Source of the DNA: Brevundimonas sp.
Lineage (GTDB): Bacteria; Actinomycetota; Actinomycetes; Actinomycetales; Cellulomonadaceae
NCBI GenBank assembly: GCA_039207135.1
Contig: JBCECL010000004.1
Location: 5,165-69,164 of the forward strand
Reading direction: 5' to 3'
Length of the DNA: 64,000 bases
The notes under the pieces are model-generated. The model ran no database searches. It saw only the letters and a list, made by a program, of their open reading frames with translations, and had not been told where the DNA came from. Both the position numbers and the translations under genes were made by a program. Below are positions 46,831 to 57,677 of this stretch, in pieces (position 1 is the stretch's first letter; each line of letters opens with the position of its first letter).

Positions 46831-49065
46831 TCAGTGCGTGATCGCGAGCCGCTCGTAGATCCGCGTCGCCCAGGCCGGTGCCCACCAGTTCCACCGGCCG
46901 AGGATCGTCATGGTGGCGGGCACCAGGAGCAGGCGCACGATCGTGGCGTCGATGAGCACCGCGACGGCGAGCGCGAAGCCGACCTGCTTGATCACGAGCA
47001 GCTGACCCGCGACGAAGCCGGCGAAGACGACGATGATGATCGCCGCCGCCGACGTGATGATGGGGCCCGAGCTCTGCAGGCCGCGGCGCACGGCGAGGTC
47101 GTCGGGCGCACCCTGGTCGTGCTGCTCCTTGATGCGCGAGAGGAGGAACACCTCGTAGTCCATCGCGAGCCCGAACGCGAAGGCGATCACGAGCGCGATG
47201 ACGAACGTCTCGATGCCCCCGGTGGACGTGAACCCGAGCAGCCCTTCGAGGTGGCCCTCCTGGAACACCCAGACGAGCACACCGAGCGAGGCCGCCAGCG
47301 AGAGCACGTTGGTCAGCAGCGCCTTGATCGGCAGGACGACCGACCCCGTCATGAGGAACAGCAGCACGAACGTCGCGATCCCGACGATGAGCGCGGCCCA
47401 CACGGCTCCCGCACGAAGCGCGGTCACGAAGTCGATCTGCGCCGCGGCCTGCCCGGTCACCCAGGTCGGGAACGGCGGGTCCAGGTCACGGATCTCCTCC
47501 ACCACCGCGCGTGCGGTCGCTCCGCCGCCGTCGGTCGTGGCCGGGCGCACGCCGATCGCGACGTACGAGCCCACGGCGGTCGGCTCGTCGACGCTCGCGA
47601 CGTCGTCGAGCGCGGCGATGTCGCTCGTCCACGCCTGCGCCTCGTCGAGGGACGCCTCGGCGACGACGGTGATCGAAGGCGCCGTCGACGCGGGGTACTG
47701 GTCGGCGAGGGTCTCCACGAACTCGCGCTGCGTGCTGCCCTCGGGCAGCAGGCGCGTGGTCGAGCTGCGCAGCTCGAGGTGAGCGAGCGGCAGGGCCAGC
47801 GCGCCGAGGACGACGACGGCGCCGCCGAGCACCCACCACGGGCGCCGCTGCACCCGCCCGGCGAGCCGCGAGAACCGGCCTTCGGTCGCGAGCACCTCCG
47901 GCGGGCCGACGAGGAACCGGGACAGCCCGGGGACGCGGGAGAGGAGGCCGGGGCGCATGAGGCGTCGGCCGGTGATGACCAGCAGCGCTGGGACGAGGGT
48001 GAGGGCCGTCGCGGCCGCGACGAGGACGACCGCGACGCCGGCGGCGCCGACCGCGCGCAGGATCTGCGGGCTGAAGACGAGCAGCGCCGAGATCGAGATG
48101 GCCACGATCAGTGCGGAGAACGCGACCGTGCGGCCCGCGGTCGCCATCGTGTTCTCCACGGCCGTCGCTACCGAGCCGTCGCCGCGGCGGCGTCGGGATG
48201 CCCGGCCGCCGTCGACGTCGACGAGCCGGTGCAGCTCCTCGCGGTAGCGCGACACGATGAGGAGCCCGTAGTCGATCGACAGGCCGAGGCCGAGGACCGT
48301 CACGACGTTGACCACCGACGAGTCGAGGTCCATGAGGTAGGACATGCCGTAGAGCGCGCCGAGGCCTCCGGCGATCGACGCGAACGCGCCCGCCATGGGC
48401 ATCGCGGCGGCGAGGAAGCCGCCGAAGACGAGCACCATGATGAGCAGGGCGATCGGCAGCGCGATCGCCTCGCCCGTGCGCAGGTCCACCTCGACCTGGT
48501 CGGTGATCGCCGAGTAGATGAGCGACGACCCGCCCACCACCCCGGTGACCTCCGGCGCGACGCTGCGAAGGTCGTCCGGCACCGCGTCCAGGCGGTGGGC
48601 GACCGCGTCGAGCGCGTGGTCCTCGGTGGACTGCGACAGCGCGGGTTCGAGCTCGACCACGACGAGGAACCCGTCGCCGTCCTTCGCGAGCAGCGGGGCC
48701 GCCGCGGGGTTGTCGATCCCGTCCGGCAGAGCGAGCGGGTCGACCACCGACGCCACGCCGTCGATGTCGCCCAGGTCGGCCCGGGCGGGATCGAGCGCGT
48801 CGTCGAGACCCGGCGTCGCCGGGTCGACGTCGGACAGGATCAGCGTGAGCGACGCCCCGGACTGGTCGGCCTGCGCGAGGATCTCGCGGCCCTGCTGGCT
48901 CTCCGAGCTGGGCACCGTCGGCTCGCCCGTCGTGAGGCGGTCGAACAGGCTCTCCCCGTGCACGCCCAACGCGGCGAACGCGTATCCGAGCACCGCCAGG
49001 ACCAGCCAGACGGCGACGGTCAGGCGAGGGCGGCGGGCAACGGCGTGACCGAGGCGGGCGAACAC
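46831..49065 (-). CDS. MMPL-family (RND-like) membrane transporter
   Basis: 744 aa from GTG 49065 (VFARLGHAVARRPRLTVAVWLVL). It shows the two-fold repeated 6-TM plus soluble-loop architecture. The track ORF up to 50397 is an upstream read-through. Confidence 0.88.
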   Translation of the reverse strand: MFARLGHAVARRPRLTVAVWLVLAVLGYAFAALGVHGESLFDRLTTGEPTVPSSESQQGREILAQADQSGASLTLILSDVDPATPGLDDALDPARADLGDIDGVASVVDPLALPDGIDNPAAAPLLAKDGDGFLVVVELEPALSQSTEDHALDAVAHRLDAVPDDLRSVAPEVTGVVGGSSLIYSAITDQVEVDLRTGEAIALPIALLIMVLVFGGFLAAAMPMAGAFASIAGGLGALYGMSYLMDLDSSVVNVVTVLGLGLSIDYGLLIVSRYREELHRLVDVDGGRASRRRRGDGSVATAVENTMATAGRTVAFSALIVAISISALLVFSPQILRAVGAAGVAVVLVAAATALTLVPALLVITGRRLMRPGLLSRVPGLSRFLVGPPEVLATEGRFSRLAGRVQRRPWWVLGGAVVVLGALALPLAHLELRSSTTRLLPEGSTQREFVETLADQYPASTAPSITVVAEASLDEAQAWTSDIAALDDVASVDEPTAVGSYVAIGVRPATTDGGGATARAVVEEIRDLDPPFPTWVTGQAAAQIDFVTALRAGAVWAALIVGIATFVLLFLMTGSVVLPIKALLTNVLSLAASLGVLVWVFQEGHLEGLLGFTSTGGIETFVIALVIAFAFGLAMDYEVFLLSRIKEQHDQGAPDDLAVRRGLQSSGPIITSAAAIIIVVFAGFVAGQLLVIKQVGFALAVAVLIDATIVRLLLVPATMTILGRWNWWAPAWATRIYERLAITH

Positions 49066-49140
49066 GCTGGCTATCGTCGCAGGTGACTGGAGCCTTGCGC
49101 ACACTCCGCGCACAGCGCCGTCCGGTCCGGCACAGCGATC

Positions 49141-50538
49141 ATGTCGGCGAGGCGCCGTACCCTGCACGGCATGGACCTGTTCGACGCGGCGACCTCGACC
49201 GCCGCGGGGCTGCCCGCCGTCGGCGCCGGTGCACCGCTCGCGGTGCGCATGCGACCGCGCTCGCTCGACGAGGTCGCGGGCCAGGGGCACCTCCTCGTAC
49301 CGGGCTCGCCGCTGCGCCGGCTCGTCGAGCCGGCCGGTGAGGCGGTGCGACGGGCCGCTCCGTCGTCCGTCGTGCTCTGGGGGCCGCCCGGGACGGGCAA
49401 GACGACGTTGGCCTACCTGATCGCGTCGTCGTCGGGACGCCGGTTCGTGGAGCTGTCCGCCGTGACGGCGGGGGTCAAGGACGTGCGGGCGGTGATCGAG
49501 GACGCGCGCCGCGCGCTCGCCACCGACTCGGGCGAGACCGTCCTGTTCATCGACGAGGTGCACCGCTTCACCAAGGCGCAGCAGGACGCGCTCCTGCCGA
49601 GCGTGGAGAACCGCTGGGTCACGCTCGTCGCGGCGACCACCGAGAACCCGTCGTTCTCCGTGAACTCGCCGCTGCTCTCGCGTTCGCTGCTGCTGACGCT
49701 GCAGCCGCTGTCCACCGAGGAGGTGGGCGTCCTGGTCCGGCGCGCCGTGGCGGACGAGAGGGGGTTCGGCGGCACGGTCGAGCTGACGGACGAGGCGCTG
49801 GAGCACCTGCTTCGGCTCGCGGGTGGAGACGCCCGCAAGGCGCTGACGATCCTCGAGGCCGCCGCGGGGGCGGCGTTGTCCGACGCCGACGAGCGCGGCG
49901 AGCCTGCGGTGGTCGGCGTCGCGACCGTCGAACGTGCGGTCGACGTGGCCGCCGTCCGCTACGACCGGGACGGCGACCAGCACTACGACGTCATCAGCGC
50001 GTTCATCAAGTCGATGCGCGGCTCCGACGTCGACGCCGCGCTGCACTACCTGGCCCGGATGATCGCCGCGGGGGAGGACCCGCGCTTCATCGCTCGGCGC
50101 GTCGTGATCGCTGCCGCCGAGGACGTCGGCATGGCAGACCCGAGCGCGCTGCAGACCGCCGTCGCCGCGGCGCAGGCCGTGCAGCTCATCGGCATGCCCG
50201 AGGGGCGGATCATCCTCGCCGAGGCCGTGGTGCACGTCGCGACGGCGCCCAAGTCGAACCGCGCCTACAACGGGATCGACGCGGCGCTCGCCGACGTGCG
50301 GGCGGGGCGGATCGGCTCGGTCCCGCCGCACCTGCGCGACGCCCACTACGCCGGTGCCGGAGCGCTGGGGCACGGGAAGGGCTACGTGTACTCGCACGAC
50401 GAGCCCTCCGGGGTCGCGGCGCAGCAGTACCTGCCCGACGAGCTCGCCGGTGCCCGCTACTACGTGCCGAGCGACCGCGGCTACGAGCGCCAGGTCGCCG
50501 AGCGCCTGGAGCGCATCCGCACGATCCTCGGCCAGTGA
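49141..50538 (+). CDS. rarA: Replication-associated recombination protein A (AAA+ ATPase)
   Basis: Walker [20 protein letters not shown] and an MgsA C-terminal region ([16 protein letters not shown]). Confidence 0.94.
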   Translation: MSARRRTLHGMDLFDAATSTAAGLPAVGAGAPLAVRMRPRSLDEVAGQGHLLVPGSPLRRLVEPAGEAVRRAAPSSVVLWGPPGTGKTTLAYLIASSSGRRFVELSAVTAGVKDVRAVIEDARRALATDSGETVLFIDEVHRFTKAQQDALLPSVENRWVTLVAATTENPSFSVNSPLLSRSLLLTLQPLSTEEVGVLVRRAVADERGFGGTVELTDEALEHLLRLAGGDARKALTILEAAAGAALSDADERGEPAVVGVATVERAVDVAAVRYDRDGDQHYDVISAFIKSMRGSDVDAALHYLARMIAAGEDPRFIARRVVIAAAEDVGMADPSALQTAVAAAQAVQLIGMPEGRIILAEAVVHVATAPKSNRAYNGIDAALADVRAGRIGSVPPHLRDAHYAGAGALGHGKGYVYSHDEPSGVAAQQYLPDELAGARYYVPSDRGYERQVAERLERIRTILGQ

Positions 50539-50751
50539 GGGGGCAGTGGCGGATCACGCACGGGCCACTGGTGACCGGATTGGGCTCTGGCGCGCCCAGC
50601 CGGTAAGGTAGATGGGTCGTCCGCTTGGTCGGACGGCCACCTGGGGCCCTAGCCCGCGCGATCAGCTCGCGCATCCACGGTCGGCCCCACGCCCGAACGG
50701 AAATCCTTCCGCACGCGGGTGTGACGTCATCAAACGACAGGAAGTAACTCT

Positions 50752-51378
50752 GTGAGCAGTGTGACCCGCTCGCGTCGCCAGGTCCGCCTGAGCCGCGCGC
50801 TCGGCCTGGCCCTGACGCCCAAGGCCGTCAAGCACTTCGAGAAGCGCCCCTACCCGCCCGGCGAGCACGGCCGTGCGCGTCGTCGCACCGAGTCGGACTA
50901 CGCGGTCCGTCTGCGCGAGAAGCAGCGTCTGCGCGCGCAGTACGCGCTCCGCGAGAAGCAGCTCGCTCGTGCGTACGAGGACGCCCGCAAGGCCCCGGGC
51001 CTGACCGGTGAGGCGCTCGTCGAGAACCTCGAGGTCCGCCTCGACGCCCTCGTGCTCCGCTCGGGCTTCGCCCGCACGATCCTGCAGGCCCGCCAGGCCG
51101 TGACGCACCGTCACATCCTCGTGGACGGCAAGATCGTCGACCGCCCCTCGTTCCGCGTGAAGCCGGGCCAGACGCTCCAGGTCAAGCCGAAGAGCCAGGC
51201 CACCACGCCGTTCCAGGTCGCCGCCGCCGGCGCGCACCGCGACGTGCTGCCGGCCGTCCCGGGCTACCTGGACGTCCAGCTCGAGAAGCTCTCGGCGATC
51301 CTGGTCCGCGCCCCCAAGCGCGCCGAGGTCCCCGTGACGTGCGAGGTCCAGCTGGTCGTCGAGTACTACGCCCGCTGA
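50752..51378 (+). CDS. rpsD: 30S ribosomal protein S4
   Basis: Contains [34 protein letters not shown] and an S4 RNA-binding domain. Confidence 0.96.
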   Translation: MSSVTRSRRQVRLSRALGLALTPKAVKHFEKRPYPPGEHGRARRRTESDYAVRLREKQRLRAQYALREKQLARAYEDARKAPGLTGEALVENLEVRLDALVLRSGFARTILQARQAVTHRHILVDGKIVDRPSFRVKPGQTLQVKPKSQATTPFQVAAAGAHRDVLPAVPGYLDVQLEKLSAILVRAPKRAEVPVTCEVQLVVEYYAR

Positions 51379-51391
51379 TCTGAGCCTCACC

Positions 51392-51428
51392 GAACGCCCC
51401 GCCCGCGCCCAGCGCCGGCGGGGCGTTC
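51392..51428 (+). terminator. Hairpin terminator downstream of rpsD
   Basis: GAACGCCCCGCC, a 13-nt loop, then GGCGGGGCGTTC, giving a perfect 12-bp stem followed by GTCATT. Confidence 0.6.
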
Positions 51429-51539
51429 GTCATTGGCGCCGTCCAGGTGCAGACGCGCGGGCGTCCGCGCGGTCCGGGCAGGTAGGGTTTCGGGCGGGCC
51501 GGTCAGGCCAGCTGGGCAACGGGTCGGGAGGGCCGTCAC

Positions 51540-51905
51540 ATGGTGGGTGACATCGCAGGCATGATCGCTGCGATCGCGTTCGTGCTGCTGGTCGGCCTGC
51601 TGGCCGTCCCGCTGCTCAAGCTCGGCAAGGTGTTCGACGAGACGACGACGTCGGTCAAGGAGCTGACCGAGCACACGGTTCCGGTGCTCGACGAGACGGC
51701 TCTGCTCGTGGCGTCCGGCAACACCCAGCTCGAGAACATCGACACGGTCACGACGGCGGCGGCACAGGTCTCCCAGAACGTCTCCGCACTCACCGCTCTG
51801 TTCGCGGCCACGCTCGGCGCGCCCATGATCCGCGTCGCGGCGTTCTCCTACGGCGTCCGTCGTGCGCTCGGCGGGTTCGCCGCGGGCACGCGCAAGGACC
51901 GCTGA
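51540..51905 (+). CDS. DUF948 domain-containing membrane protein
   Basis: An N-terminal TM helix followed by the helical region KLGKVFDETTTSVKELTEHTVPVLDET. Confidence 0.8.
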   Translation: MVGDIAGMIAAIAFVLLVGLLAVPLLKLGKVFDETTTSVKELTEHTVPVLDETALLVASGNTQLENIDTVTTAAAQVSQNVSALTALFAATLGAPMIRVAAFSYGVRRALGGFAAGTRKDR

Positions 51906-52270
51906 TGCGCCGGCTGTTCTGGGTAGGCGTCGGCGTCGCCGTCACGATCGTCGTCATCCGCAAGGGCCGCGCGATCGCGCTGGAGTACCTCCCCGCGGGC
52001 GCGACGGATGTCGTCGACGGTGCGACGCGGCTGTCGCGGGGCTGGAACACCGCGCGCGCGGAGTTCTCCGCCGGCTTCTCCGAACGCGCGAGGGACCTCA
52101 TGCACGGCGTCGTCGGCGACGCCGACGTGGACGAGCTGCGCGCCCAGCGGCCCGAGCACGTGGACGACCTGCGCCGCAGGTTCCGACCCACGGACGCGCC
52201 GAAGGTCCCCGCCAGCTGGGCCGGGCCGACCGAGGACCCGGACGACGACGGCGACGCGGCGTTCTTCTGA
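51905..52270 (+). CDS. Small membrane-anchored hypothetical protein
   Basis: Starts [27 protein letters not shown] junction joins it to the DUF948 gene. Confidence 0.65.
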   Translation: MRRLFWVGVGVAVTIVVIRKGRAIALEYLPAGATDVVDGATRLSRGWNTARAEFSAGFSERARDLMHGVVGDADVDELRAQRPEHVDDLRRRFRPTDAPKVPASWAGPTEDPDDDGDAAFF

Positions 52271-52331
52271 CCACCAGCACCACCCGCACGACCAGCAGCA
52301 CCAGCACCTGTACCTCGCGAAGAAGGACATC

Positions 52332-55007
52332 ATGCGTACCGCCGAGATCCGCCAGCGTTGGCTCGACTACTTCGAGGGCCGCGGCCACACCGTGGTGCCG
52401 TCGGCCCCGCTCATCTCGCCCGACCCGTCGACGCTCTTCGTCATCGCCGGCATGGTGCCCTTCATCCCGTACATGCTCGGCGAGCAGACCCCGCCGTGGA
52501 ACCGCGCGACCAGCGTGCAGAAGTGCGTGCGCACCCTCGACATCGAGGAGGTCGGCAAGACCACCCGGCACGGCACGTTCTTCCAGATGAACGGCAACTT
52601 CTCGTTCGGGGACTACTTCAAGGAAGGTGCGATCACCTACGCCTGGGACCTCATCACGAGCTCTCCCGCCGCGGGTGGCTACGGCTTCGACCCCGACAAG
52701 ATCTGGGTGACCGTCTACCAGGACGACGACGAGGCACGTGACCTGTGGAAGCAGATCGCGGGCCTGCCCGACGAGCGCATCCAGCGCCGCGGCAAGAAGG
52801 ACAACTACTGGCACACGGGCAGCGCGGGCCCCGGCGGTCCGTGCTCGGAGATCTACGTGGACCGCGGGCCGGAGTTCGGCGTCGAGGGTGGTCCGGTCGC
52901 CGACGAGGACCGCTACGTCGAGATCTGGAACCTCGTCTTCATGCAGTACGCGCTCGACCAGGTGCGCAGCAAGGAGGACTTCCGCGTCACGGGTCCCCTC
53001 AAGCAGCGCAACATCGACACCGGCATGGGCCTGGAGCGCGTCGCGTTCCTGCTCCAGGGCGTCAACAACATGTACGAGATCGACGAGGTCTTCCCCGTCA
53101 TCGCGGGCGCGCAGGAGCTCTCCGGCCGCACGTACGGCGCGGTGCAGGACGACGACGTGCGGATGCGCGTCGTGGCCGACCACGTGCGCTCGGCCCTGAT
53201 GCTCATGGGCGACGGCGTGACGCCCTCGAACGAGGGCCGCGGCTACGTGCTGCGGCGCCTGCTGCGCCGCTCGATCCGCGCGATGCGCCTGCTCGGGGTC
53301 GAGGACCACGCGCTGCCGACCCTGCTGCCGCTCAGCCGTGACGCGATGAGCCCGTCCTACCCGGAGCTCGCGACGAACTTCGACCGCATCAGCCAGGTCG
53401 CCTACGCCGAGGAGGACGCGTTCCGTCGCACGCTCGTGGCGGGCACGACGATCCTCGACACCGCGGTCGCCTCCGCGAAGACGACGAGCGGCACGCTGTC
53501 GGGCAGCGACGCGTTCCAGCTGCACGACACCTACGGCTTCCCGATCGACCTGACGCTCGAGATGGCCGCCGAGCAGGGCGTGGACGTGGACCGCGAGGCG
53601 TTCCGCACGCTCATGCAGGCGCAGCGCGACCGGGCGCGTGCCGACGCGATGTCCAAGCGCGCGGGGCGGGCGGACACGGGTGCGTACCAGGACCTGCACA
53701 AGACGCTGAGCAACGAGAACGGCAAGGCGGTCCAGTTCGTCGGCTACACCGACGCCGAGGCGGTCTCCAAGGTCGTCGGTCTGCTCGTCGACGGCATCCC
53801 GGCGCCGGCGGCCACCGCGCCTGCCGACGTGGAGATCGTGCTGGACGTGACGCCCTTCTACGCCGAGGCCGGCGGTCAGCAGGCCGACACGGGCACGATC
53901 GTGCTCGACGGCGGCGCGCGCATCGAGGTCGACGACGTGCAGGCGCCGGTGAAGGGCCTGTCCGTCCACCACGGTCGCCTGGTCGACGGCACGGTGGCGA
54001 TCGGCGACAGCGGCACCGCGCGGATCGACACCGCGCGGCGCCAGGCCATCGCGCGCGCCCACACCGCGACGCACCTGGTGCACAAGGCGCTGCACGAGTC
54101 GATCGGCGAGACGGCGACGCAGGCCGGTTCGCTCAACGCCCCGAGCCGCCTGCGCTTCGACTTCCGCTCGCCGTCCGCGACCCCGGCCGAGACCGTCGCC
54201 GAGATCGAGGCGCGCGTCAACGAGCGGCTGCAGGACGACCTCGAGGTCACCGACCAGACGATGAACATCGACGAGGCCCGTGCCAAGGGCGCGATGGCGC
54301 TGTTCGGCGAGAAGTACGGCAACGAGGTGCGCGTCGTCTCGATCGGCGGCGACTGGTCGCTCGAGCTGTGCGCCGGCACGCACGTCAAGCGCTCGGGGGA
54401 GCTCGGTCTCGTGACGCTGCTCTCGGAGTCGGCCATCGGATCCGGTGTGCGCCGCGTCGACGCGCTCGTCGGTGCGGGTGCCTACGGCTACCAGGCCAAG
54501 GAGCGCGCGCTCGTCGGCCAGATCTCCGGTCTGCTCGGCGCGCGGCCCGACGAGCTCGCCGACCGCGTGTCCTCGTTGCTCGCTCGCCTCAAGGAGTCGG
54601 AGAAGGAGCTCGGCGCGCTGCGACAGGCGCAGCTCCTGGCAGGCGCGGGCTCGCTCGCGGCCGGTGCCGAGCTCGTGGGCGCGACGCGCGTCGTGACGGC
54701 GGACCTCGGCGAGGTCGGCGGCGACGACGTCCGCACGCTCGTGCTCGACGTCCGCTCGCGGCTCGGCGAGTCCGAGCCTGCCGTCGTCGCGATCGGTGGG
54801 CAGACCAAGGGCCGGCCCGTCGTCGTCGTGGCGACCAACGCGGCCGCGAGGGCTGCCGGCGTTCGCGCGGGTGCCCTCGTCAAGCTCGCCTCGGGCGTGC
54901 TCGGCGGCGGCGGTGGCGGCAAGGACGACCTGGCACAGGGCGGCGGCACCGACGCGTCGAAGCTCGGCGAGGCGCTCGAGGCCGTCCGCACCGCGGTGCG
55001 CGGCTGA
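52332..55007 (+). CDS. alaS: Alanine--tRNA ligase
   Basis: Starts [24 protein letters not shown] and contains [18 protein letters not shown]. The editing domain has HTATHLVH. Confidence 0.97.
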   Translation: MRTAEIRQRWLDYFEGRGHTVVPSAPLISPDPSTLFVIAGMVPFIPYMLGEQTPPWNRATSVQKCVRTLDIEEVGKTTRHGTFFQMNGNFSFGDYFKEGAITYAWDLITSSPAAGGYGFDPDKIWVTVYQDDDEARDLWKQIAGLPDERIQRRGKKDNYWHTGSAGPGGPCSEIYVDRGPEFGVEGGPVADEDRYVEIWNLVFMQYALDQVRSKEDFRVTGPLKQRNIDTGMGLERVAFLLQGVNNMYEIDEVFPVIAGAQELSGRTYGAVQDDDVRMRVVADHVRSALMLMGDGVTPSNEGRGYVLRRLLRRSIRAMRLLGVEDHALPTLLPLSRDAMSPSYPELATNFDRISQVAYAEEDAFRRTLVAGTTILDTAVASAKTTSGTLSGSDAFQLHDTYGFPIDLTLEMAAEQGVDVDREAFRTLMQAQRDRARADAMSKRAGRADTGAYQDLHKTLSNENGKAVQFVGYTDAEAVSKVVGLLVDGIPAPAATAPADVEIVLDVTPFYAEAGGQQADTGTIVLDGGARIEVDDVQAPVKGLSVHHGRLVDGTVAIGDSGTARIDTARRQAIARAHTATHLVHKALHESIGETATQAGSLNAPSRLRFDFRSPSATPAETVAEIEARVNERLQDDLEVTDQTMNIDEARAKGAMALFGEKYGNEVRVVSIGGDWSLELCAGTHVKRSGELGLVTLLSESAIGSGVRRVDALVGAGAYGYQAKERALVGQISGLLGARPDELADRVSSLLARLKESEKELGALRQAQLLAGAGSLAAGAELVGATRVVTADLGEVGGDDVRTLVLDVRSRLGESEPAVVAIGGQTKGRPVVVVATNAAARAAGVRAGALVKLASGVLGGGGGGKDDLAQGGGTDASKLGEALEAVRTAVRG

Positions 55008-55008
55008 C

Positions 55009-55557
55009 GTGGAGCCGATCGTCCGTGGGCCGCGCCTCGGTGTCGACGTCGGGTCGGTCCGGGTGGGGCTCGCGGTCAGCGATCCCGACGGCCTGATCGC
55101 GACCCCGGTCGCGACTCTGGCGCGCGACACGCGGAAGCCCGCGGCTGGACAATTGTCCAAGGACGTCGCGCAGATCGTGCGCGAGGTGCATGAACGAGGT
55201 GCACAGTGTGTGTACGTCGGGCTGCCTCGCCACTTGTCGGGTGCCGAAGGGGCTTCCTCAGAGGCCGCACGCGCGTACGCTGTCTGGTTGGCGCAGGCCA
55301 TCGCACCGGTCACGGTGCGTATGGTCGACGAGCGGATGAGCACGGTGACCGCACATCAGGCGCTGCAGGCGTCCGGCCGATCCGGACGCCGCCACCGGCA
55401 GGTCGTCGACCAGGCGGCCGCGGTGGTCATTCTGCAGTACGCGTTGGACGCAGAACGCGCGACGGGACGACGGCCTGGTGAACAGGTGGTGGCCGCGCGC
55501 GGTGCGGGGGAAGACGACGCGTCGGGGGCTGCGGGTCTCGGAACGACGGTGGAGTGA
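55009..55557 (+). CDS. ruvX: Holliday junction resolvase-like RuvX (YqgF)
   Basis: Contains RLGVDVGSVRVGLAVSDPDGLIATPV. Confidence 0.9.
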   Translation: MEPIVRGPRLGVDVGSVRVGLAVSDPDGLIATPVATLARDTRKPAAGQLSKDVAQIVREVHERGAQCVYVGLPRHLSGAEGASSEAARAYAVWLAQAIAPVTVRMVDERMSTVTAHQALQASGRSGRRHRQVVDQAAAVVILQYALDAERATGRRPGEQVVAARGAGEDDASGAAGLGTTVE

Positions 55558-55564
55558 CGCACAC

Positions 55565-56761
55565 GTGAGCAACAGCCAGACCGAGTGGTGGGCACCGACG
55601 GAGGGCAACGGCCACAGCGCCGACCTCTTCGGTGGCGACCCCACGTCCGAGCAGCCGCGTCGCTCTCGTAGCGGTGGCCGCAAGCGCCAGGAGCGCCAGC
55701 GCAAGCAGCGCCGACGCCGTAGCTTCCTCGTCGTCATCGTGGCGATGGCCCTCGTGCTGGGCTCGGGCTACGTCGTCTACTCGCTGCTCAGCGGGATGGC
55801 CCACGACGGCGGGTCCCCGAGCTCGCAGCCGACGGACTACTCCGGACCGGGCTTCGGCGACACCCAGGTGACGATCAACACCGGCGACACGGGCGCCGAC
55901 ATGGCCGCCACGCTCACCGCCGCCGGCGTCGTCGCCTCGACCGAGGCGTTCACCGACGCGTTCGCCGCGAACCTCGACGCGGCCTCGATCCAGCCCGGCA
56001 CTTACACGCTGCTGCAGCACATGAGCGCGGCCGACGCGGTCGAGGCGCTGCTCAACCCGGCGTCGAAGGACTCGTTCCGGGTGACGATCCCGGAGGGTCT
56101 GACGGCCGAGCAGATCTACGAGCGCATCAGCTCCAAGATGCTGATCCCCGTGGCCGACGTGAAGAAGGCCGCCTCCGACGAGAAGGCGATCGGCCTGCCC
56201 AAGGAGGCGAACGGGAAGGTCGAGGGGTGGCTCTTCCCGGCGACCTACGAGATCTCTCCCGACGCGAGCGCCACCGACGTGCTCAAGCAGATGACCGCGA
56301 AGACCGTCTCGGTCCTCAAGGACAAGGACGTCGCGAAGGCCGACTGGGAGACGGTGCTCAACAAGGCGTCGCTCGTCGAGCGCGAGGCGAAGATGGACGA
56401 GGACCGCCCCAAGATCGCGCGCGCCATCGACAACCGGCTCGCCCAGGGGATGCGGCTCCAGATCAACGCGGCGACCGCCTACGGTGCGGGCAAGCCTGGC
56501 ACCAAGCTCACGACGGCCGACCTCGAGGACACCGAGAACCCGTACAACGTCGAGGTCCACACGGGTCTGCCGCCGACGCCGATCGCCTCTCCGGGCGAGA
56601 AGTCGATCGACGCCGTGCTCAACCCGGCCGAGGGCAAGTGGCTCTACTGGGTGACCGTGAACCTCGACACCGGCGAGACGCTGTTCGCCGAGACGAACGA
56701 GCAGCAGAACGTGAACCGGCAGAAGCTCGACGCGTGGATGGCGGAGCACGGCGACGGATGA
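55565..56761 (+). CDS. mltG: Endolytic murein transglycosylase MltG (YceG-like)
   Basis: A basic N-terminus and one TM helix, then ASLVEREA and NPYNVEVHTGLPPTPIASPG. Confidence 0.9.
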   Translation: MSNSQTEWWAPTEGNGHSADLFGGDPTSEQPRRSRSGGRKRQERQRKQRRRRSFLVVIVAMALVLGSGYVVYSLLSGMAHDGGSPSSQPTDYSGPGFGDTQVTINTGDTGADMAATLTAAGVVASTEAFTDAFAANLDAASIQPGTYTLLQHMSAADAVEALLNPASKDSFRVTIPEGLTAEQIYERISSKMLIPVADVKKAASDEKAIGLPKEANGKVEGWLFPATYEISPDASATDVLKQMTAKTVSVLKDKDVAKADWETVLNKASLVEREAKMDEDRPKIARAIDNRLAQGMRLQINAATAYGAGKPGTKLTTADLEDTENPYNVEVHTGLPPTPIASPGEKSIDAVLNPAEGKWLYWVTVNLDTGETLFAETNEQQNVNRQKLDAWMAEHGDG

Positions 56762-57597
56762 CGCCATCCATCACGCGGCGGGCGGCCGTCCTCGGCCACC
56801 CGGTCGCGCACTCGCTGTCGCCCACCCTGCACCGCGCCGCGTACGAGGCGCTCGGCCTCGAGCACTGGGCCTACGACGCCGTCGACCTCGCGGCCGACGA
56901 CCTGCCCGGCTTCGTCGGGTCGCTCGACGAGTCCTGGGCGGGCCTGTCGCTGACCATGCCGCACAAGCAGGTCGTCCTGCCGCTGCTCGACCACGTCGAG
57001 CCGCTCGCGCAGGTCGTGGGCGCGGTGAACACGGTGCTGCTGTCGGGCTCGGGCTCGTCGCGCACGCTGGTCGGCGCGAACACCGACGTCTACGGCGTCG
57101 TGCGGGCGCTGCGTGAGGGCCTGGACGGTCCCGTCACGTCGGCGGCCGTCGTCGGTGCCGGAGCGACCGCGGCGTCGACCCTCGCAGCGCTCGGCGAGCT
57201 CGGCTGCACCACGCCGGTCGTGTACGTGCGCTCGATGCAGCGCGCCGGCGGGCTCATGCGCGCCGCGCACCGGATGGGTGTGTCGCCCGACTTCCGCCCG
57301 CTCGACCGGGCCGCCGCCGAGCTAGGGCGCGCCTCGGTCGTCGTCTCGACGCTCCCGCACCACGCCGCCGACGCGATCGCCGCGGACCTCGTCGGCCCGG
57401 CCACCGGGGTGCTTCTCGACGTCGCGTACGAGCCCCGCCCGACGGCGCTGCACGTCGCCTGGGTCGAGGCCGGGGGAGTGGCGGTCGGCGGAGAGCGCAT
57501 GCTGCTGCACCAGGCCGTCGAGCAGGTTCGCCTCATGACGGGTCACCCCGGGCCGCTCGCCGCCATGGACGACGCGCTGCGCAGTCGGCTGGGGTAA
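56758..57597 (+). CDS. aroE: Shikimate dehydrogenase
   Basis: Contains AAVLGHPVAHSLSPTLHRAAY and NTDVYG. An ATGA overlap joins it to mltG. Confidence 0.9.
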   Translation: MTPSITRRAAVLGHPVAHSLSPTLHRAAYEALGLEHWAYDAVDLAADDLPGFVGSLDESWAGLSLTMPHKQVVLPLLDHVEPLAQVVGAVNTVLLSGSGSSRTLVGANTDVYGVVRALREGLDGPVTSAAVVGAGATAASTLAALGELGCTTPVVYVRSMQRAGGLMRAAHRMGVSPDFRPLDRAAAELGRASVVVSTLPHHAADAIAADLVGPATGVLLDVAYEPRPTALHVAWVEAGGVAVGGERMLLHQAVEQVRLMTGHPGPLAAMDDALRSRLG

Positions 57598-57677
57598 ATC
57601 GCTCAGGTGTGTCGGCTGCGCTGCCGATGACCCCGTGCAGAGGTGTGCTTCCGCGCACCGTGTTCGGGAGGAGCGCC

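Noticed and set aside
49066-50397. The upstream part of the 1188-aa minus-strand ORF fused to the MMPL gene.
   Set aside because: It is antisense to rarA. The MMPL-type N-terminus (VFARLGHAVARRPRL plus the first TM helix) begins at GTG 49065.
22856-52331. T-box leaders upstream of the three aminoacyl-tRNA synthetase genes (hisS, aspS, alaS).
   Set aside because: The upstream gaps are only about 46, 105 and 61 nt, too short for a T-box riboswitch. I saw no specifier or T-box sequence.
52098-55343. A 1081-aa minus-strand ORF. Similar long antisense ORFs lie at 16082-18571, 43954-46725, 8623-10692, 38413-41391 and 57603-59714.
   Set aside because: Each is antisense to a gene with unmistakable conserved motifs (alaS, relA, aspS, yebC/ruvC, the 700-aa gene, pilB). 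All have low-complexity Arg/Gly/Asp-rich translations.
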